37,572 nucleotides of DNA from the IMG/VR virus record IMGVR_UViG_3300028887_000087; one strand, written 5' to 3'. This stretch comes from a virus. Lineage: Duplodnaviria; Heunggongvirae; Uroviricota; Caudoviricetes. Shown here piece after piece: positions 1 to 8,060 of this stretch. Positions within the stretch are counted from its first letter, which is position 1. Each line of letters opens with the position of its first letter. The notes under the pieces are model-generated. The model was not told where the DNA came from. It worked only from the letters and a program-made list of their open reading frames with translations, and searched no databases. The position numbers were made by a program, and so were the translations under genes.

Positions 1-1125
1 GGAAACGAAGTTTATACTGTAAATACAAAAATCTGGGCCCCTAAGGATTTGATTGATGTTGAAGTAAAAGAGTCAAAGTGTGACATCGACTTCGTAGGAG
101 ATATTGAATTGTATCAAGACCGTGTTGCTCGTGCATCAGGTGTACCTAAGGCATATCTTGACCAAGAGTTCGGTGGCTTCGGCAATTCAGGTATTTCATT
201 GACAGAACAGTATAAGCCATTCGCTCGCCACGTTTATACAATTCAATCAGCTTGTCTTGATGGTATTGGTGAGCTCATAAGATTGCATTTTGCAATCACA
301 GGCGAGTTTGATTACAATACACCTTTCGTATTGTCAATGCGTTTCCCTGCTGAAGAGATGGGACAGGAAAAACGCGAAGCTCGTATGGCAACTCTTGAAA
401 TGACTCAGCAAATTATGGAATTGATTACATCAGCTTTGGGACTTGAAGAAGGTGAACCTCTTCCTGAAGATGTTGTGACTGATATTCTTTCAAAGTATTC
501 ATTCCTTGACCCAACAGATGTTCAGAAGTGGATGCGTTTGTCTTCATTCTTAAAGCCTGTAGGTGGCGGAGACGATGACGAAGGCGGAGATGAAGGCGGT
601 GACGATTTCGATTTCGGCGGAGACGATATGGGCGGTGACGATATGGGTGGCGGAGATGATACTGTTATGGAATCTGCTAAACTCAAAGCAGCTGAAGTTA
701 AGAAACATCTTCGTGAAAGAAAAGCTCGTATTACAGAATTGCAGCAAAAGAGACTCCGTGAAGTATCAAACAGATATAAGGAAGCAAAAGATGGCTTGTT
801 CATAAAGTTTGTTGAAAGTCAACACCTTACTGAATGGGCAGGAAACGACTGGATTCCAAACTATAATGGAGAGGGCGGTACAGTATCTCACAAATATGTA
901 ATGCCAAAGATCGGCGAAAATGATGTTCTCTTTGACTCTGTAAAAATACTAAATGAATTGAGAACAGGTGTTCCTGCAAATAACAATCGTCTTTCTGAAC
1001 AGACTGTAGGCGATAAGATGCAGGAAGTTAAGGACTCATTCACAACTGAAGAAGAAGCCGAAAGACGCAGAAGAGTTGAAGAACAAATTGCGACAGATAT
1101 TCTTACAGGTGGAATAGGAGAATAA
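1..1125 (+). CDS. Portal protein, T4 gp20-like, C-terminal part (5'-truncated by the window)
   Basis: Frame 1 is open from base 1. DIELYQDRVARASGVPKAYL...KPFARHVYTIQSACLDGIGELIRLHF resembles the conserved C-terminal half of gp20-like portals. An acidic G/D linker and a long extension follow. Confidence 0.75.
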   Translation, partial: GNEVYTVNTKIWAPKDLIDVEVKESKCDIDFVGDIELYQDRVARASGVPKAYLDQEFGGFGNSGISLTEQYKPFARHVYTIQSACLDGIGELIRLHFAITGEFDYNTPFVLSMRFPAEEMGQEKREARMATLEMTQQIMELITSALGLEEGEPLPEDVVTDILSKYSFLDPTDVQKWMRLSSFLKPVGGGDDDEGGDEGGDDFDFGGDDMGGDDMGGGDDTVMESAKLKAAEVKKHLRERKARITELQQKRLREVSNRYKEAKDGLFIKFVESQHLTEWAGNDWIPNYNGEGGTVSHKYVMPKIGENDVLFDSVKILNELRTGVPANNNRLSEQTVGDKMQEVKDSFTTEEEAERRRRVEEQIATDILTGGIGE

Positions 1126-1126
1126 A

Positions 1127-1711
1127 ATGGAGTTATTTCTTGAGGCAACAATAGATTCATTAGCAGGTAATTCAGTTTCAGGCTTGACACAACATCATCT
1201 TGATTTGCGTTATCAAAACGATTTCAATATTGACTTGGGCCAAGCTGCCTATTATAGAAAACAAGACTTTCTTGAGTTGATATTTTTTGCCAACTCAACT
1301 TACGGGGCAACTGGGTACATCGCTTCAACTAATTTACCTCAAGGAAAGAACGGACAATACACATTGTGTCTCCGCTTCTATAAAGTTGGACAATATCTCA
1401 AAGATGAAAAGAATATGGGATACGGACAACTTGAGCAGGCACTCAAAAAAGCAATTCACAGTTGTGATGTAAAGTTTTATTCTGATGACCCATCGTTCTA
1501 TTGGCAAGGTTGTTGGGAAGGACTTGCAAAACACGACTTATCAATTTACAAGTTTACAGGCGAAAAAGGAAAAGGTGTTTGGGACGAAAAACACGCTGCA
1601 TCAGGCGGTTTGCAAAATCAAGAGATTCACTTGACAAAACACCTTTCTCAAGTCGTAAACGAAATCGACTCATATATCAAACAAATTGCACAAAATCTCT
1701 ATGTAATTTAA
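1127..1711 (+). CDS. Hypothetical protein, probably head-associated
   Basis: 194-aa ORF with a GGAG RBS, directly after the portal. N-terminus MELFLEA. No family recognised. Confidence 0.6.
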   Translation: MELFLEATIDSLAGNSVSGLTQHHLDLRYQNDFNIDLGQAAYYRKQDFLELIFFANSTYGATGYIASTNLPQGKNGQYTLCLRFYKVGQYLKDEKNMGYGQLEQALKKAIHSCDVKFYSDDPSFYWQGCWEGLAKHDLSIYKFTGEKGKGVWDEKHAASGGLQNQEIHLTKHLSQVVNEIDSYIKQIAQNLYVI

Positions 1712-1746
1712 ACTTCTGACTTTGCTTCTTTATATTATTATTGTAA
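1709..1746 (+). promoter_or_regulatory. Class I (early-type) promoter motif TAAACTT-N13-TTTATATTATTATTGT
   Basis: Identical spacing in four copies (1709, 13181, 25095, 35850), each upstream of small hypothetical genes. Confidence 0.75.
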
Positions 1747-1768
1747 TCAACAATAAAAGGAGCAAATT

Positions 1769-2242
1769 ATGAGCATTTCATACAAGAAGGTACTTAAGAA
1801 TCTTTCCTACAAATACGGAATTCACTCGGACAATTTTATCTCTCTCCCAACAAACCCAAGATACCGTTTCTGGGCAGCAATCCGTTGCACATATCCGTTC
1901 AAAATTGACGAAGAAGGTGATGTTATCGTTACGCAGTGGTTTAAGGCCTTGCTCTTTGTTTATCAAAATGACGGTGAAGTTACTTACAAGCAGCTTCACG
2001 ATTTCTATCCAAATCCTACCAACTTGGAGCCGCTTCGTGCAAATAAAAATGTTTTTGAATGGGCTTCAGATTACAAGAAAAATCGCGGACACTATAAGCT
2101 CACAGACAATGCAAAAGAATACATTGAACTTGTTCTTAGTTTGATAAGATCATTGAGCAATATGAAAACAATCAAAAAGTGGGGATATGAAGTTCAGAAT
2201 GGAATGCGAGTTCCTGTTATTGTTTGGCAGTACATCCTTTAG
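1769..2242 (+). CDS. Hypothetical protein (early-type, possible winged-helix C-terminus)
   Basis: 157-aa ORF with an AAAAGGAG RBS, behind a class I promoter. Confidence 0.65.
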   Translation: MSISYKKVLKNLSYKYGIHSDNFISLPTNPRYRFWAAIRCTYPFKIDEEGDVIVTQWFKALLFVYQNDGEVTYKQLHDFYPNPTNLEPLRANKNVFEWASDYKKNRGHYKLTDNAKEYIELVLSLIRSLSNMKTIKKWGYEVQNGMRVPVIVWQYIL

Positions 2243-2261
2243 TTGAAAATTTAAAACAAAC

Positions 2262-2290
2262 AAGGCAACCCCGAAGGGTTGCCTTTTTTT
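2262..2290. terminator. Bidirectional intrinsic terminator between convergent genes
   Basis: AAGGCAACCC-CGAA-GGGTTGCCTT followed by a T-tract on +. On the - strand the loop is C(UUCG)G followed by GTTTGTTTT. A second small hairpin lies at 2298-2314. Confidence 0.85.
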
Positions 2291-2320
2291 ATTTCAAACG
2301 GGCTTTATGCCCGTAACGGA

Positions 2321-4009
2321 TTAGTCTCCGCTTCCTGTGCTTCCACCGTTTCCGCCAGCTGCAGCAGGAGTTGCTGCTGTTGCGTTAGGGTTTGAGTACT
2401 TCAACATTCCGCCTACGCGGCCGTCTGTTGTGTCCTTAAGACCCTTGATACGGATAAGAGCGAGATAACGTCTGTTAAGTACAGCCCAGTCACCGTATGT
2501 TGCAAGACCAGCTTCTTTGTAGAAGTTCTTTCTCTGGATGATACCAGTGTTGAAGAATGGAACCAATGTACCGAATGCGATTGCAACGTCGCCTTCGTTT
2601 TCGTCGTCCTTCCATACACACATAATCTCATTTGTTGGGATGATGCTTGAAGGAGCCTTGAATGTTGGGATTCCACCGAACTCACCAATCTGGTAAATAC
2701 CCTTTGCAGCCTGACGGCCTTTGTCAGAGAATGTACCCTTAACGAGTTTGAGGTAAGAACCTGCAGAGAAACCTGCAACCATTCTTGAAACGCCACCACG
2801 GTTGATGTCGTTTACCATAACGTCAGTTACTGTATCAACTGCAGATGGGAATGTCTGAGCTGTGTGGAAGTAACCTTCGATGTTTTCACCGTTGCCATAA
2901 GCAGCATCGAACTCAACGATATAGTCCTTGTTTGAACGAGCTACACCGTAAGCGAGCTTGAATGAACGGAGGTCGAGGTTGATACGAATTGCATCACCTG
3001 CGTACTGTACCAACATATCCTGTGCTGAAAGACCGAATGAAGCGTCAAGAGTGATTTCAGCAAGCTGTGACCAAGTTACACCAATTGTTGTTGGGCGTGG
3101 TTCAAACTTGTAGTCGCTCATTACGAGTTCGATCTCACCAAGGTTTGTACCAAGGAAGTCGTCTTCAACGTCGAAGCGAGCAAATACTTTTACGTCGCCA
3201 GAAACACCGCCAACTGTAACTACGATGTTACCGTTTGCATCTTTTTCGTAAGCAACTGTTGCACCAGGGAACTCTTCTGTGTTAACGAAGAAGTGTCCTG
3301 TTCTCTTGTTCTCTTCAGCGATTGGATGTGTTTCATCGCCAAGATATACTTTCATATAGCCTGGGAGGAACTTGTCAACCTTTACATAAGGGTTGCCGTT
3401 TGGATCTGCCTGAGCAGGGATTACGAATTCACCAGCAGCTTCACCAGCAGGAATGTTAATCAATTCCTGTGTGAAACGATCTTCAGTGTTCTCATAGAGA
3501 GCTCTCTGGAAATCGTCTTCGTTGATGTCATTGTAAACGTCTTTGTACTGTGAAGCATCACCGTAAGCACCAGGAGTGTTTGAAGTGTGCTTGTCGTGGA
3601 GGTCACCATCGTGAACTGTTTTTGAATAAACAGGTTTGATGTACTTAATAGAATCTTTTGCAGATTCCATAGCGAACTCTGTGAATACCTTGTTGCGGCA
3701 AGTGTTAGGCATTGCAAGACGAACAAGTCTCAACATATTCTCAGGTGTGAAACCTTGGAATGAAGTTGAAAGCTGTGCTTCAGTCATCTTTGCCATTGAA
3801 GCAGCCTGTGTCTGAAGGTTGATAGCTGTGTTACGAGCTACTGCTTCAGGAAGCTTATTCAAACCTGCACCGATTTTTGGAATACGAGACCAAGATTCTA
3901 CGAACTTAGCTCCACGGAATTCTCTTTCTGTTTTTGCGAGTGTCTTTCTTGTTGCCTCGCGCAATGCTGCAGCGTCCTTCTGACCTGCAACCTGTGATGT
4001 CATACTCAT
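2321..4009 (-). CDS. Major capsid protein, T4 gp23-like
   Basis: ENMLRLVRLAMPN...VFTEFAM, RPTTIGVTWSQLAE, AGDAIRINLD and GLATYGDWAVLNRRY match the HK97/gp23 pattern. Phage highly-expressed codon style. AAGGAAAGG RBS favours the ATG at 4009 over the GTG at 4018. Confidence 0.85.
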   Translation of the reverse strand: MSMTSQVAGQKDAAALREATRKTLAKTEREFRGAKFVESWSRIPKIGAGLNKLPEAVARNTAINLQTQAASMAKMTEAQLSTSFQGFTPENMLRLVRLAMPNTCRNKVFTEFAMESAKDSIKYIKPVYSKTVHDGDLHDKHTSNTPGAYGDASQYKDVYNDINEDDFQRALYENTEDRFTQELINIPAGEAAGEFVIPAQADPNGNPYVKVDKFLPGYMKVYLGDETHPIAEENKRTGHFFVNTEEFPGATVAYEKDANGNIVVTVGGVSGDVKVFARFDVEDDFLGTNLGEIELVMSDYKFEPRPTTIGVTWSQLAEITLDASFGLSAQDMLVQYAGDAIRINLDLRSFKLAYGVARSNKDYIVEFDAAYGNGENIEGYFHTAQTFPSAVDTVTDVMVNDINRGGVSRMVAGFSAGSYLKLVKGTFSDKGRQAAKGIYQIGEFGGIPTFKAPSSIIPTNEIMCVWKDDENEGDVAIAFGTLVPFFNTGIIQRKNFYKEAGLATYGDWAVLNRRYLALIRIKGLKDTTDGRVGGMLKYSNPNATAATPAAAGGNGGSTGSGD

Positions 4010-4185
4010 CTTTTTCACCTTTCCTTATTTTTTTAAAACAAGAATGTGGTGTACTTGAACGATATATTTAGATATATAAAACTCTACTCGTTGCGGTATA
4101 TACTTCCCGCTTATCTGCATATATTAAGCACTACACAAATTGTTTTAGTAATTAGTTAGTATATCATTTTTTGAAAGCTGTGCTA

Positions 4186-6714
4186 TTATACTGGGTCTAA
4201 TCCTCTAGGCTCATACCACATTTCATTTACATCGTAAGGAGCCAAGAAGTTTCTTACAAGATCTGTTCTTTCCAAAGAAGGAACGTTATTCGTAACGCTT
4301 GACAAATACTCGTTCATTACTGATGCAAAAGTTGTATTTCCTATTTGATTTCTCCAACGATTGTAAAGCCACTGATCTCCTGTTTCCCAGTTGTTGTCTT
4401 CAGGCGACCCAATACGTTTACAAGGGAGATATATTTTGAAATCTCCACGAGAATAGTTCCAAGTTGACCAATACATATGTGCGACATTAGACCAGTCTTG
4501 ATTTGTAAACATATCAACAATATTCACAACGTTCTGAGCATAATAAGAATCAGGTCTGATGTACAACCCAATAACGTTGTTCTGTGCCATAAAATATCCG
4601 CCCCAAGCGGCAACACCTGTTCTTTGACCTAATTGTTTTGGCAACCATACTTCTTTAATACGAGCACCTGAGAAGAATCCTTGGTTTCTGTTAACCCATA
4701 CAGAATAGCCGAGCTGATACATTTCATCGTTGAACTCAATATCACGCAAGAATGAACAGTTCAAGAACGGCGCATTACCTGCAGTTAAAACGCCTTTAGG
4801 ATAAATAAACTTATTTATTGAAGAAGAGCCTTGGAACAATTTTGACAAGTCATCATCGCCTGACCAATCTTGTGCGTCTGCAGCTGCGGTACAATTACTT
4901 AAATCAATTACCAACTGTTTTTCTGAATTAAGACATACGCTTGCAATTGTCATTAAAGATGCTTTATTGATAGTACCTGAAGGTCTGATAATATGAGGTG
5001 AGCCGTCTTCACCTGTTTCGTCAAGTCCTTGGATAATATCTGCAATTATCTGACCGCTATTATAAGCTGGGTAATCAACACTTGCGTTATACCAATTTAC
5101 AGGCCTATCTGTCGCAATATAAAGTGTTTGTCTTTTACCCCAAGCGCCATTATAAGTATATGACAAAGTTGTAATAACATCAGAGTCATATGATTGAGCC
5201 TGTACTGCCCTTGCCCAAGCTGGGTCGCCTGTTTCAAGAGATTCAGATATTAAAACAGAAACAGAAGGCGCCTCGTCATCTTCAACTCTTGAGAAGCCTA
5301 CCCTAAATGTACAAGGACCAAAGACATCAACCTGTGCCAATCCTTCAGACTCGATTTGATTTGTTGCCTCAGTACATTGAAGAACACCTAAGTTGTTGTT
5401 CAAAGAATCGATGTATTGAATTTCACTATGTGTTTTAATTCTGAGATTATTGCCTAAGTCATAATTGTAAAGATCTTCACTATCAAGACCGTCAGGAGCA
5501 CCATAGCTATCAACTTGAACAACATAGTATTCCATACCTGTTGTATATCCGCCGGAACCTTGTCTTAACCAATAAGTTCCTCTTGGGAATGGGCCAAACT
5601 CGTATGAACTTGTTCCTGCTGGGAAGTAATGATTTTGAAGTGTTGTATAAATAGGCTCGCCACTTGCGTTAGAGCCATAAACTACAATGTTTACACCTTG
5701 GTTATCAAAGTATACGTTGTTGCGATTCTGTCCTGCCCAGTTCTTTGCTGTGATGCTGATATAACCTTGTTCATCAGTAATATCAAATCTCATCAATGTG
5801 ACATCTTTACCTGCGAGCATAAAAGAACTCCACTCAGGATGAAGTTCGACAAAGTTCACATTATTGTTATTAAATCTGTTCTGATATAAGATTAAGTGAC
5901 TATCAAACTCAATTCTTCTATTTGTACCACTTCCGCGCCAAGACCACGAGTTGCTAAAGTTTGGACTTATTCTTGACTTTCTTTCAATAAACTCCCAAGA
6001 ATAATCATCAATAGAAGAGAAGTTAAATTCAATTACTTCCGTCCCTGTCTCAGAATCATCGTCGAGGTCGACGATTTCTGAGAAGTCTCCATCTGTGTAA
6101 GTCGTGTATGAAGGCGCTGCAAGAGGCCCTGGGATATTTGACCAACCTGCGTGATATATTTTTGCAGGGCTAGATTCCTTAAAATGAATACCGTAATAAT
6201 AGTCTCCATTATATTTTACAAAGCAAGGCTTGGCTTTCTTTTTATTTGTTGTTGCGCCCTTTATAAGACGGGAACCTGTTGAAGTTAAAGATACTTGATA
6301 ATGACTTTCAACATCTTCTCCAAGTTCAACAATTTCACCACCGAAAAAGCCAACCATTCCTGTCTCTCTATCGTTGTCTTTAACACATATAAGAATAATT
6401 GTTCTTTCTTCTGATGTTTCTGCTAATACTGTTTGTGATTTCCAATCAACACCTTGACGGTCTGCTCGTGCGGTAACAGAATCGACAGTGATGTCGTCCT
6501 TCAACGCAATTTCGTCATCTTCATTAAATGTGACGTTAAATTCATCAACTCTTGGCTTTGGGATAATCAATGTATCTCCAATTTTAATACCAAGTTCTTT
6601 CTTATCGCGATTGTAAAGAAGCTCGCGCTGCTTCAATTCAGCAAATGCATCATCAAATTTTGCTTCTGTTGTTGAAGGCATTTGCATAGGGTTTCTGTGA
6701 AACTTATTGCCCAT
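4186..6714 (-). CDS. Large putative virion protein with beta-rich domains and a BspA/LRR_5-like segment near the C-terminus
   Basis: ~842 aa. KFIYPKGVLTAGNAPFLNCSFLRDIEFNDEMYQLG...FFSGARIKEVWLPKQL resembles TpLRR/BspA repeats. GGAG RBS favours the ATG at 6714. Confidence 0.55.
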   Translation of the reverse strand: MGNKFHRNPMQMPSTTEAKFDDAFAELKQRELLYNRDKKELGIKIGDTLIIPKPRVDEFNVTFNEDDEIALKDDITVDSVTARADRQGVDWKSQTVLAETSEERTIILICVKDNDRETGMVGFFGGEIVELGEDVESHYQVSLTSTGSRLIKGATTNKKKAKPCFVKYNGDYYYGIHFKESSPAKIYHAGWSNIPGPLAAPSYTTYTDGDFSEIVDLDDDSETGTEVIEFNFSSIDDYSWEFIERKSRISPNFSNSWSWRGSGTNRRIEFDSHLILYQNRFNNNNVNFVELHPEWSSFMLAGKDVTLMRFDITDEQGYISITAKNWAGQNRNNVYFDNQGVNIVVYGSNASGEPIYTTLQNHYFPAGTSSYEFGPFPRGTYWLRQGSGGYTTGMEYYVVQVDSYGAPDGLDSEDLYNYDLGNNLRIKTHSEIQYIDSLNNNLGVLQCTEATNQIESEGLAQVDVFGPCTFRVGFSRVEDDEAPSVSVLISESLETGDPAWARAVQAQSYDSDVITTLSYTYNGAWGKRQTLYIATDRPVNWYNASVDYPAYNSGQIIADIIQGLDETGEDGSPHIIRPSGTINKASLMTIASVCLNSEKQLVIDLSNCTAAADAQDWSGDDDLSKLFQGSSSINKFIYPKGVLTAGNAPFLNCSFLRDIEFNDEMYQLGYSVWVNRNQGFFSGARIKEVWLPKQLGQRTGVAAWGGYFMAQNNVIGLYIRPDSYYAQNVVNIVDMFTNQDWSNVAHMYWSTWNYSRGDFKIYLPCKRIGSPEDNNWETGDQWLYNRWRNQIGNTTFASVMNEYLSSVTNNVPSLERTDLVRNFLAPYDVNEMWYEPRGLDPV

Positions 6715-6755
6715 AACATTCTCCATAGCTGCATTTTCTGCAACTCACCATAACA

Positions 6756-6771
6756 ATTTAGTCAACTAAAT
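6756..6771. promoter_or_regulatory. Divergent pair of ACTAAAT (late-type) motifs
   Basis: ATTTAGT (ACTAAAT on -) at 6756-6762 and ACTAAAT at 6765-6771, between divergent structural genes. Confidence 0.6.
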
Positions 6772-6775
6772 ATAT

Positions 6776-7318
6776 ATGAAAACTTGGCAGCGTAGACTTG
6801 CGATGAAACAAGATAACATAAGAAGAAAGCTTCTCGATTTGCAGATTGAGCACGAAGGTGACCCAACTGATTGTATCAGACTTCGTCTTACAAGAAATGA
6901 TGAAGGCGACCCAAAGATGCAAACTATTGAGATGGCTGATGTTATTCCTGTTGTTTTCCCACCTATGGAAGATGTACCTTATCGTCGTATAGGTGGCAAC
7001 GTTGAAAGTGGCTATACTGTCAATTCTTTGGTTAACGCAGCTGCAGAAGAAAACAAAGAAAAGTATCAAATTACAGTACCTCATAATGTTTATTTGGTGC
7101 CCGATGATATTATTGTAAGGATTATGTTGGACCCACAAGATACACCTGACCATCCTTGCATTCTTTGCTTACAGGTCACAGAGGCGTTAGGAACATTTGG
7201 CGGTGCGATGATTATAAAATCAAAATATAATACGACACTATACAACCACGATTTAAGTCCTAATACTTTGGCTGTTATTTCAAAAATGGCTGAACGAAGA
7301 CTTCATCTTGGATACTAA
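6776..7318 (+). CDS. Hypothetical protein, probably virion structural (neck/head-tail region)
   Basis: 180-aa ORF behind an ACTAAAT motif and directly upstream of the tail tube gene. Family not recognised. Confidence 0.55.
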   Translation: MKTWQRRLAMKQDNIRRKLLDLQIEHEGDPTDCIRLRLTRNDEGDPKMQTIEMADVIPVVFPPMEDVPYRRIGGNVESGYTVNSLVNAAAEENKEKYQITVPHNVYLVPDDIIVRIMLDPQDTPDHPCILCLQVTEALGTFGGAMIIKSKYNTTLYNHDLSPNTLAVISKMAERRLHLGY

Positions 7319-7340
7319 ATAAATATCATAGGAGATTGAA

Positions 7341-7988
7341 ATGAGTGATGTAGTAAACAGCGGACTTCAAGCATTGATAGAAGCAGGCGCTGATGCACAG
7401 ACAAATATGTACGATGTTCAGTTAGAGTTTGCTAACTGGAACGCAACTGTTCGTGCTTCAGGTTTTGAAATTCCTGATGTTGAAGCTCCTACATATGAAA
7501 ACGCATATCACGGTGTTAAATATCCTCGTGTAAAGACAGAACAGAACTTTGAAAGAGCATTCTCACTCGAGTTCAGAATGGATGCAAAATATGGACTTTA
7601 TCAGGCATTTACTTCTTTGCTTTCTTGGCACGTTGACCCTAACACAGGTGGTGTATCAAACGCAAACATTGACAAAGTTGGTAAAGTCACTGTAAAAACA
7701 ATTGACTCTGCTATTGTTGCAGCAGGAAGCTCAGCAGCAGGTTCATTGGCAGGCTCACCAAAAGCACTTGAGGATTACTCAAATCCAAATGCAGGCCCAG
7801 GTGAAGGACTTATCAAAGACGGTCTTCAGTGGGTATTTGAAAACTGTTTCGTAACAAAAGTTACTATGCCTAAGTTCTCAACTGACGGCGCAGACGTTAT
7901 CAAATTCACAGTTGACTTCAAGTTCGGTAAGGTTAAGTACCCAGGCTTCTCTGCAGGAAACCCAGGTGACGGAAACACAAACTTGTAA
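7341..7988 (+). CDS. Tail tube protein, T4 gp19-like
   Basis: TNMYDVQLEF...RASGFEIPDVEAPTYENAYHG...FSLEFRMD...WVFENCFVTKVTMPKFS fits the gp19 fold pattern. AGGAG RBS, ACTAAAT motif upstream, terminator downstream. Confidence 0.75.
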   Translation: MSDVVNSGLQALIEAGADAQTNMYDVQLEFANWNATVRASGFEIPDVEAPTYENAYHGVKYPRVKTEQNFERAFSLEFRMDAKYGLYQAFTSLLSWHVDPNTGGVSNANIDKVGKVTVKTIDSAIVAAGSSAAGSLAGSPKALEDYSNPNAGPGEGLIKDGLQWVFENCFVTKVTMPKFSTDGADVIKFTVDFKFGKVKYPGFSAGNPGDGNTNL

Positions 7989-8015
7989 TTTCCTAGATAA
8001 GTAATTATCTATTTT

Positions 8016-8044
8016 ATGGCGGTCTCTTATGACCGCCATTTTTT
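8016..8044 (+). terminator. Intrinsic terminator after the tail tube gene
   Basis: ATGGCGGTC-TCTTAT-GACCGCCAT followed by TTTTT. Confidence 0.8.
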
Positions 8045-8060
8045 ATGACTAATTTTCAAT

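Noticed and set aside
565-660. Tandem DNA repeat as an independent element
   Set aside because: It is fully explained by the G/D low-complexity coding linker of the portal.
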